From positions 5,021 through 69,020 of the forward strand of contig JBFLZS010000008.1 of NCBI GenBank assembly GCA_040756135.1: 64,000 bases of DNA, read 5' to 3'. The stretch comes from Nitrospirota bacterium. Lineage in GTDB: Bacteria > Nitrospirota > Thermodesulfovibrionia > Thermodesulfovibrionales > SM23-35. Under the pieces are notes generated by a model. That model saw nothing but the letters and a program-made list of their open reading frames with translations, had not been told where the DNA came from and ran no database searches. The translations under genes were made by a program, and so were the position numbers. How positions within the stretch are numbered: the stretch's first letter is position 1; each line of letters starts with the position of its first letter. Below, in pieces: positions 9,810-17,013 of this stretch.

Positions 9810-11591
9810 ATGGTTCGAGATAAAGGATGCGGCGAAATAAGGGAATCCGATATAGGTCTAAATCTTAGCCTGTGTGGATGGGTCTTCAGGCGGAGGGATC
9901 ATGGCGGCCTTGTATTTATAGATATGCGCGATATAAGCGGAATACTCCAGATAGTCTTCAGCCCTGATGTATCAGGCGATGCACACAAAGTTGCGCATGA
10001 CCTGAGGAGTGAATATGTAATCTCTGTCTCAGGCGAAATCAGGAAAAGACCTGCTGGCACCGAAAATCCAAATATGTTAACAGGTACAGTGGAGATGTAT
10101 GTAAATAAGCTTGAGGTATTGAATGAATCTTCTCCCCTACCCTTTACCATAGAAGATGCTGCTGATGCATCCGAGACCCTGAGACTCAAACACAGGTATC
10201 TTGATTTAAGAAGGCCTGAGATGCAGAGAAATTTAATCGTAAGACATAAGGTTACGAAGGTTATAAGGGACTATCTTGACGAAAAAGGGTTTCTTGAGAT
10301 AGAGACACCCATGCTCACAAAATCTACACCTGAAGGCGCAAGAGACTATCTTGTGCCGAGTCGTCTGAATCCCGGACATTTTTATGCCTTACCTCAATCT
10401 CCTCAACTTTTCAAACAGATATTAATGGCCTCTGGCCTTGAGAAATATTTCCAGATTGTGAAGTGTTTCAGGGACGAAGACCTCCGTGCAGACCGGCAGC
10501 CTGAGTTCACTCAGGTTGATATGGAGATGTCCTTTGCTGACAGAAACGATGTTATGGAAGTTATAGAAGGTATGATGAAGAGACTCTTTAAAGATGTCCT
10601 TGATATAGAACTCGATATACCATTTCCAAGATTGAGTTTTCATGAGTCTGTGGAGACATACGGGACTGATAAACCTGATTTGCGGTTCGGTCTTGAACTC
10701 AAAGACATGGCTGATCTGTCAGAAAAAGGATCATTTAAAGTATTCCTCGATGCCTTTAATTCAGGAGGGAGGGTAAAGGCAATTAACGGAAAGGGCATGG
10801 CAAATCTTTCGAGAAAAGAGATAGATACGCTTACAGAAGAGGCGGTAGCATTTGGTGCAAAAGGACTCGCATGGATAAAGGTAAAAAATGGTTTTGAGTC
10901 TCCTATAACGAAGTTCTTCGCTGGGGAAATCCTGAGACAGATGGCCCAGAGGCTTGATGCCGAGGAAGGGGATTTGATGCTCTTTGTTGCTGACAGAGAA
11001 ATGATTGTTCACGACGTACTAAGCAGAATGAGAAACGAGTTTGGAAAGAGATTAAATTTGATAAAGCCCGGTTATAAGTTTGTATGGATTATAGATTTTC
11101 CACTCCTTGAATGGAATGAGGAGGAAGGCAGATTTGAGGCAATGCACCACCCCTTCACCTCGCCTACGGATGAGGATATTGAAAAAATGCTTTCAGGAGA
11201 TATTAACAATAAAGAATTACTTTCCTCGCTTAGGGCAAAGGCATATGATATTGTCCTCAATGGCTATGAAATAGGAGGCGGGAGCATCCGTATCCATAGG
11301 CGTGACCTGCAGAGGAAAATGTTTGAGCTTCTGAGGATATCCGAGGAAGAGGCAAGGGTAAAATTTGGTTTTCTACTTGATGCGCTTGAATATGGTGCAC
11401 CTCCACATGGAGGGATTGCGCTTGGGCTTGACAGGCTTGTAATGATTATGGTTGGCGCAACATCCATCAGAGATGTAATAGCATTTCCAAAAACCCAGAA
11501 GGCATTCTGCCTTATGAGCGGCACTCCGTCAACAGTCGAACCAAAACAACTCAGGGAGCTTTATATCAAACTGAATCTGCCAGAAGTGTGA
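9810..11591 (+). CDS. aspS: Aspartate--tRNA ligase
   Basis: Class II motifs FRDEDLRADRQPEFTQ, GGGSIRIH and GGIALGLDRL. A bacterial-type insertion domain is present. Confidence 0.95.
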   Translation: MVRDKGCGEIRESDIGLNLSLCGWVFRRRDHGGLVFIDMRDISGILQIVFSPDVSGDAHKVAHDLRSEYVISVSGEIRKRPAGTENPNMLTGTVEMYVNKLEVLNESSPLPFTIEDAADASETLRLKHRYLDLRRPEMQRNLIVRHKVTKVIRDYLDEKGFLEIETPMLTKSTPEGARDYLVPSRLNPGHFYALPQSPQLFKQILMASGLEKYFQIVKCFRDEDLRADRQPEFTQVDMEMSFADRNDVMEVIEGMMKRLFKDVLDIELDIPFPRLSFHESVETYGTDKPDLRFGLELKDMADLSEKGSFKVFLDAFNSGGRVKAINGKGMANLSRKEIDTLTEEAVAFGAKGLAWIKVKNGFESPITKFFAGEILRQMAQRLDAEEGDLMLFVADREMIVHDVLSRMRNEFGKRLNLIKPGYKFVWIIDFPLLEWNEEEGRFEAMHHPFTSPTDEDIEKMLSGDINNKELLSSLRAKAYDIVLNGYEIGGGSIRIHRRDLQRKMFELLRISEEEARVKFGFLLDALEYGAPPHGGIALGLDRLVMIMVGATSIRDVIAFPKTQKAFCLMSGTPSTVEPKQLRELYIKLNLPEV

Positions 11592-11728
11592 AAGAGCTTA
11601 AAAATTGGTGATATTAAGACAAAATAATTAATAATATGAAGGAATAGGCTCAGACATTCTTTTTCAAAGCTATTTAACCCTTGCAATGTCTTATAAAAGG
11701 AGTAAAATTATAATCAAGAAAAGAAATT

Positions 11729-11891
11729 GCGACTCCCAGAACGGGGTTAGATTTGAGGATCAAGTAAGTCGTATAGGGAGCGGGAGTTAGATGCGGTGAG
11801 CAAGCCTCCAGCAGCGAGGAGGAAGCCAGAAGCATTTACCGAAGCACCCACTTAGACAAAAGAGCTCATGATATCCCGAATCTGGGAGCGC
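11729..11891. ncRNA. Candidate structured small RNA (class and strand unresolved; 6S-like long interrupted helix)
   Basis: A 163-nt non-coding segment whose ends pair over about 17 positions (gcgactcccagaacggg / cccgaatctgggagcgc). It has an internal GC-rich hairpin ccucc...ggagg. No ORF is present and a hairpin follows at 11980. Confidence 0.3.
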
Positions 11892-11979
11892 AAGTTATTC
11901 TAGGGCCATTTAAGGGTAAATGGTTAACTCATCAAAGTAGTCGCAGAAAAGTTTTTGCTGACATAAAGGTTGACCAATC

Positions 11980-12012
11980 AAATAGACCCGGAGAACGGCT
12001 CTATTTATTTTA
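11980..12012. terminator. Hairpin plus T-tract between aspS/RNA candidate (+) and aroC (-)
   Basis: aaatagacccggagaacggctctattt followed by attttat on the plus strand. It sits between convergent transcription units. Confidence 0.4.
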
Positions 12013-12028
12013 TGCCAGAATAGGCTGC

Positions 12029-13327
12029 TCAAAAATTTTTTAAGTAATCAATATATGAATTATAATTCCGTCTATTCTCAGTTATGCTGTCTCCTCCAAA
12101 TTTTTCGAGGAAGGCATCTGCTACAGTCAGGGCAACCATTGACTCTCCTATCACCCCTGCGGCAGGCACTGCGCAAATGTCAGAACGTTCATACGCTGCT
12201 TCCACAGGCTTTTTTGTGATGATGTCAATAGATCGCAATGGTTTCCTTTGTGTCGGTATTGGTTTCATTGCAGCCTTCAGGATTATCGGCATTCCGTTTG
12301 TCATTCCACCCTCAATCCCACCAGCAAAGTTGGTTTTCCGATAGAAGCCGCTTTTACTGAGATCGGGGATATCACCCCCCCTACTCCCCCCCTTAGCAAG
12401 GGGGGGATGGGGGGGTGAATAAAATATTTCATCCATCACCTCTAAGCCGAATCTTTTGCTCATCTCAAAACCAAGACCGATCTCAACCCCTTTCATTGCC
12501 TGAATACTCATCAATGCCTGTGCAAGACGACCATCAAGTCTTCTGTCCCACTGAATATGACTACCGAGACCCATGGGAACACCAATTACAAAAACCTCGA
12601 ATATACCTCCAAGGGAATTGCCTTCTTTAATAGCCCTGTCAATTAATTTGACCATCTTTTTTGATGTCTCTTCATCAGGGCACCTGACAGGTGATTTCTC
12701 CGCTTTTTTAAATATAGATTCGAGGATTCGAGGGTTCGAGGATTCGAAGGTTCGAGTGCTTTCACTTGACCCCTTGCCCCCTTGCCCCTTTGCCCATTGA
12801 AACTTGATTCTGCCTATTTGGATAACATAGCTTCCAATCTTGATATCAAATTCAGATAAAATTTTTTTTGCGATTGCACCCAATGCAACCCTCATAGCTG
12901 TCTCTCTTGCACTTGAGCGCTCCAGTATATTTCTTATGTCATGATGATCATATTTTATCGCACCTGCCAAATCAGCATGGCCTGGCCGAGGACGCGTAAC
13001 AAATCCCCCCATCCCCCCTTTACTAAAGGGGGGTAAGGGGGGATTATCTGCGCTCATAACATCTTGCCAGTTTTTGTAATCTTTATTTTCTATGAGAAGA
13101 GTAATCGGGGACCCGATAGTCTTTCCCCATCTCACTCCTGATAGGATTTCAGCATGGTCAGACTCTATCTTCATCCTGCCCCCTCGCCCATGGCCTACCT
13201 GCCTTCTTTTCAAATCACGGTCAATATCCTCTGCCGAGAGAGAAAGTCCTGAAGGGATCCCCTCGATGATTCCTATCAGTGCCTTCCCATGCGATTCACC
13301 TGCTGTTAAATATCTAATGGTCGCCAT
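12029..13327 (-). CDS. aroC: Chorismate synthase carrying three in-frame repeat insertions
   Basis: [25 protein letters not shown] and [13 protein letters not shown]. The likely start is the ATG at 13327; the track extension to 13351 is unsupported. Length is inflated by insertions at 12372-12418, 12717-12795 and 13002-13045. Confidence 0.92.
   Translation of the reverse strand: MATIRYLTAGESHGKALIGIIEGIPSGLSLSAEDIDRDLKRRQVGHGRGGRMKIESDHAEILSGVRWGKTIGSPITLLIENKDYKNWQDVMSADNPPLPPFSKGGMGGFVTRPRPGHADLAGAIKYDHHDIRNILERSSARETAMRVALGAIAKKILSEFDIKIGSYVIQIGRIKFQWAKGQGGKGSSESTRTFESSNPRILESIFKKAEKSPVRCPDEETSKKMVKLIDRAIKEGNSLGGIFEVFVIGVPMGLGSHIQWDRRLDGRLAQALMSIQAMKGVEIGLGFEMSKRFGLEVMDEIFYSPPHPPLAKGGSRGGDIPDLSKSGFYRKTNFAGGIEGGMTNGMPIILKAAMKPIPTQRKPLRSIDIITKKPVEAAYERSDICAVPAAGVIGESMVALTVADAFLEKFGGDSITENRRNYNSYIDYLKNF
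12372..12418. repeat. Family-A palindromic element, in-frame in aroC ([14 protein letters not shown])
   Basis: Sequence tcacccccccctactcccccccttagcaagggggggatgggggggtga. Confidence 0.9.
12717..12795. repeat. Tandem-heptamer block module, in-frame in aroC ([25 protein letters not shown])
   Basis: A (gattcgag/ggttcgag) x5 block, then a spacer, then a (cccttgc) x3 block. Confidence 0.85.
13002..13045. repeat. Family-A palindromic element, in-frame in aroC ([15 protein letters not shown])
   Basis: Sequence aatccccccatcccccctttactaaaggggggtaaggggggatt, immediately upstream of the RPGHAD motif codons. Confidence 0.9.
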
Positions 13328-13344
13328 CGTTAAAACATTATTTG

Positions 13345-13836
13345 TTAACAATTCTTGACTTCTTTTTCTATTATAAATATAACCTTTTTATCCACCCTCT
13401 GGACTTCGATAATATGGTATGGTTGCGTCACAAGAAACGTTACACCGCAACCTCGCCCTGGAGACATTTCCTTAACAAAAACTTCAAGCGTATTTTCAGT
13501 TTCAACTACTTTTACAATATCAATGGCATAGCCACCTGTGCCCTGAGCACCTTGAAAGACTGCAACAATCATGCTCCGGGAAAAATCAATTTCGGGTAAA
13601 AAAGGTTTGGGAGTTATATTAGAATTAACTTTATCCCATAAATTCTTCCAATCATTATTATTAATTATTGCATAATTTCTTCTTTCGTCATGCCCGCTAT
13701 AATATCCTTTTTCTATTGTCTTGAACACCAACTCTCTTTCTTCAATAATTGGTGGTAGCGGGGTCGAAACAATAGGTCTATTCACTATAAACAAAACAAT
13801 TCCTACAATGGCTAAAAATAATTTTTTCTTTTTCAT
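13345..13836 (-). CDS. PrcB-like (protease complex subunit PrcB C-terminal domain) secreted or anchored protein
   Basis: An N-terminal hydrophobic anchor, then ...NDWKNLW...[30 protein letters not shown]...LEVFVKE...QPYHIIEV. This is the pattern I associate with the PrcB_C domain. It lies just downstream of an S8 protease. Confidence 0.55.
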   Translation of the reverse strand: MKKKKLFLAIVGIVLFIVNRPIVSTPLPPIIEERELVFKTIEKGYYSGHDERRNYAIINNNDWKNLWDKVNSNITPKPFLPEIDFSRSMIVAVFQGAQGTGGYAIDIVKVVETENTLEVFVKEMSPGRGCGVTFLVTQPYHIIEVQRVDKKVIFIIEKEVKNC

Positions 13837-14040
13837 TAAATTAATTATACCAGATTATTATTATCTACCCAAAATAGATAGCGAATTGTGTCAGGTAGCG
13901 TAAATTTTCTGTATAAAATTCTTGAAGTCAATGCACTTGCACAAAGTATTTAGCAGGGCACGTTCAAAAATATGGGCGTAGGGAGGCTTTAGCATCCCAT
14001 CAGCGAATTTATTAAATGGGCGGCTAAAGTCGCCCCTGCT

Positions 14041-14192
14041 ATTTATTAGAATAACTACTAAAGGCATCAAAAGAATTATAGTATCCGCCACTGCTGTCTG
14101 ATAATTATGAACCAGCCCAAAAAACAAACACAAAAAACACAACAATATGTTGTTTCCAGAATTATTCCATTGGAAAATTTTCCTTTCGGATT
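14041..14192 (-). pseudogene. Decayed C-terminal sorting-tag remnant detached from the upstream S8 protease
   Basis: Out of frame with, and after the stop of, the 14193-16442 gene. It reads ...LCLFFGLVHNYQTAVADTIILLMPLVVILI, against GGGACSIGMVHSYQTAVADTIVLITPLLIILIIKRFRKF at 19177-19314. The Gly-rich segment is replaced by T/G-rich low complexity and the basic tail by a repeat. Confidence 0.6.
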
Positions 14193-16442
14193 TTACGGAA
14201 TATAAATGGATACCGTATTACTGGGAGGCGAATCTCCAGATGCATTGTAGGCCTTTACCCGAAAGTAATAAGTAGCTGGGCCTTTGCCTTTACCCATGGT
14301 GTAAGATGTTATATTCTGCCCTACCGTTGCTATTTGCGAAAATAATGTACAGTATCCAATAAATTTTTGTATACACCGCTCTATTTTAAACCCCGTCTCA
14401 TTGTTTGAATTATCTGTCCAATTAAGTTGTAGCCCACCGGTGATCACAGTGAGAGTGAGATTTGAAGGAGCTACAGGTATTCCTTCACTGGTTAAAACGA
14501 TACTATCCAAATAAATCTGCGACTCGCCTGTAGAGTTCTTTACCTTGAAGTAAACAGTCTTGGTCCCATTGCCTGAAGACAGCGTGAATGAAGGGGCTGT
14601 CGAGTAGGTCTGCCAAGAGGCTCGCCTGAAACTTGACGACTCACTCGCCATATAGTGCGTTGGGCTTCCAGTACAAGAGTTATTCAATGTCACGTTCCGG
14701 CTCGCCGTCGAAGAGGCTCCGTTGTTGATTGCAAACGAGGTGACACTAGGAGCTGCCGAAACATGTAACACCAGGTTGCCACCACCGCTGGTGCCATAGT
14801 AGCTGGCAACCTCGATTATTAAAGGCTTTGCCCCAGTCATAGGAACGTTTGTGATCTGTGACTGATAGCCGCCACCAGCGTTGTCATTGCAAGCAATGCG
14901 TATGAGGTCACCAGTACCGGAATCTATATTAAAAACAGCCAGAATGGTATTGTAGTTACTTCCGAAGGTGTCGAGGTTAAGTGATCCATTCGCAGTCGGC
15001 AAATAGTAGAACCACGCTGTATGACCGCCCGTCGACGGAGAGCCAGCACACAGTGTTGGGTCATCCCAAGAGGTGGTATACTCGGTTGTGTCGAGCGAGA
15101 TGGAAGCAGGTAGGGAATTAATAATCGATATACCGGACTGCCAGTCGGGGGTATAAGGCGGTTCTGTCAGGTCGACCCGAGAATACAGTAGGTAGTTCCA
15201 AGAGTTGGAGTCCAGTAGCTGTATGTGTCCAGGCGTAGCATAGGCGTCGATAAGCCAACCAGCTACATACTCAGGAGTATAATTTGGATAACGCTGTAGT
15301 AGCAACGCGGCAACACCAGCGACATGTGGCGCTGCCATAGATGTGCCGCTCAAGGTGTATTTGTCCGTATCGCTTCCATTGTATGCTGAGGTGATCTGGT
15401 TGCCCGGCGCGTAGATGTCGACACAGTATCCATAATTTGAGAATGATGCACGCCAATCATTTTGGTCGGTTGCTCCGACTGTAATTGCTTCGTATACATC
15501 TGCAGGTGATTCGTAACAGGATTTATAGGAACTTGCGTCGTTTCCTGCTGCGACAACATAGGTCACACCATGTGCGATCGATTTCTGCACTGCATCATCA
15601 AGTGAAAGCGAAGAAGGATATACTCCCAAGCTCATATTGGCGACGGCCGGATGGATGTGATTGCTGGTAACCCAGTCAACGCCCCCAATAACCCCAGAGA
15701 TATCCCCGTACCCATAGCAATCCAGAACACGCACTGGTACCACTCTGACATTCTTAGCAACACCATATGTGCTTCCCCCGACTGTACCAGCCACATGTGT
15801 GCCGTGTCCGTTACAATCGTTTGTCCACCGTCCATCATAAATGGTACTGTAGCCCGGATCTACGCGCCCAATAAATTCCATATGTGTCTTCCGAATTCCG
15901 GTATCTATCACATAGACACTTACACCTGTGCCTGTCAGGTTGTAAGTATACTGCCAATCCATAGGAAGATCCCGCCGATCTATGCGGTCTAGACCCCACG
16001 GCGGGGTAACCTGAACAGCTTGGGCCTGAACGTCCTGGGCCTGCATCTCCGGTATCACCTCAAGGCCTACATCCTCGACACGCGGCTCAGGCAGAGAAAC
16101 TATTCGGTCGGCCTCAATGTAAGCAATATGGGGATTTCGTTGTAAGGCCGCCAAGGCTTTAGCGGGAATGGTGGCGGCAAAGCCGCGCAAAGCTGTGTTA
16201 TAGGTAAAATGCAGCTTCCCGCGATGAACCTTGACCACCTCATCTGCGAGGGATTCGATTTCCGGAACAAGAACTTCATCTTTGAACACCACAATATACC
16301 GGTCTGGGATTGCATTCGGCGCATCCATGCCTACAATCGGAACCTCGCCCAGCAGCGTTTCAGCTGGTTCTCCGAAGGTGGTACCAATAGGCAGGGTTAA
16401 TAATACGAGAGCCGTCAGGATAAACGAGTATTTGGTACACAT
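14193..16442 (-). CDS. Secreted S8 serine protease, proteinase-K-like, with I9 propeptide, C-terminal beta domains and an Fn3 domain
   Basis: The likely start is the ATG at 16442, with AAGGAG 7 nt upstream and signal peptide MCTKYSFILTALVLLTLPIGTTFG. I9-type propeptide RYIVVFKD...AYIEADR. Catalytic triad contexts VYVIDTGI, NGHGTHVAGT and GTSMAAPHVAG. Fn3 segment LQLNWTDNSNNETGFKIER. Confidence 0.9.
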   Translation of the reverse strand: MCTKYSFILTALVLLTLPIGTTFGEPAETLLGEVPIVGMDAPNAIPDRYIVVFKDEVLVPEIESLADEVVKVHRGKLHFTYNTALRGFAATIPAKALAALQRNPHIAYIEADRIVSLPEPRVEDVGLEVIPEMQAQDVQAQAVQVTPPWGLDRIDRRDLPMDWQYTYNLTGTGVSVYVIDTGIRKTHMEFIGRVDPGYSTIYDGRWTNDCNGHGTHVAGTVGGSTYGVAKNVRVVPVRVLDCYGYGDISGVIGGVDWVTSNHIHPAVANMSLGVYPSSLSLDDAVQKSIAHGVTYVVAAGNDASSYKSCYESPADVYEAITVGATDQNDWRASFSNYGYCVDIYAPGNQITSAYNGSDTDKYTLSGTSMAAPHVAGVAALLLQRYPNYTPEYVAGWLIDAYATPGHIQLLDSNSWNYLLYSRVDLTEPPYTPDWQSGISIINSLPASISLDTTEYTTSWDDPTLCAGSPSTGGHTAWFYYLPTANGSLNLDTFGSNYNTILAVFNIDSGTGDLIRIACNDNAGGGYQSQITNVPMTGAKPLIIEVASYYGTSGGGNLVLHVSAAPSVTSFAINNGASSTASRNVTLNNSCTGSPTHYMASESSSFRRASWQTYSTAPSFTLSSGNGTKTVYFKVKNSTGESQIYLDSIVLTSEGIPVAPSNLTLTVITGGLQLNWTDNSNNETGFKIERCIQKFIGYCTLFSQIATVGQNITSYTMGKGKGPATYYFRVKAYNASGDSPPSNTVSIYIP

Positions 16443-16830
16443 TGTGAATCTCCTTCTAAGAAGCTTATAAGCTGTTATCAACATAGCAAATCTCATCATA
16501 TGTCTCTTTTTCTTAATACTTTCCATTTCTCCCTCCTACTTAAGTTAAAAATCAAGTTCCTTGCAAGGTTTAAAAAAACCTTATATTTAGCCAATTTCCA
16601 AGCTATATTTCTATTCCAATCTTCCATAGATACCCATGCTTTTACTTTTACAGGCGTGATACTTGATAGTTACAAGTTTTACTTGTTTTGCTTCGCAAGA
16701 TATTACCCTCATCTCCACCTTTACAGGTGAGGAGTTCACACTGAATTTGAAACGGTAAAATAATACATTTTTAAAAACCTAAGACAGCATTTACTGCCAT
16801 AATTTAACAACATCAATCCTGAACTATCAA

Positions 16831-16930
16831 CTGAAAAATTGAAATGTGTTACGGAAAAATTGAAATAGCTGCTCTATACCTAAGTCCCTGAAAAATTGGA
16901 ATTGACAAAATACCCAACATAGCACATATT
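16831..16930 (+). promoter_or_regulatory. Three direct repeats (cTGAAAAATTGrAAT) plus a TTGACA-17-CATATT promoter candidate upstream of the S8 gene at 17014
   Basis: Repeats lie at 16831-16845, 16852-16866 and 16888-16902. The last one overlaps ttgaca at 16902-16907, and catatt is at 16925-16930. Confidence 0.3.
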
Positions 16931-17013
16931 ATCAATGACAACGTAATAGCATTTAGTACGTTTATATTAAATTCAGAGTAATATCAGAAAAAATATTTTA
17001 TAGAGGTGTAATT

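Noticed and set aside
13328-13351. N-terminal extensions given by the ORF track for aroC (and likewise nrdR to 5229, the S8 gene to 16526, clpX to 54545, and the lipoproteins to 40701 and 41333)
   Set aside because: Internal starts give canonical N-termini or signal peptides and have Shine-Dalgarno sequences. The extensions lack both.
13891-14040. The distal part of the 84-aa ORF (SRGDFSRPFNKFADGMLKPPYAHIFERALL..), considered as a real small protein
   Set aside because: It reads through a repeat-like segment (gggcggctaaagtcgcccc hairpin) and AT-rich spacer. Only the proximal tag-like part has homology, and that part is a remnant.
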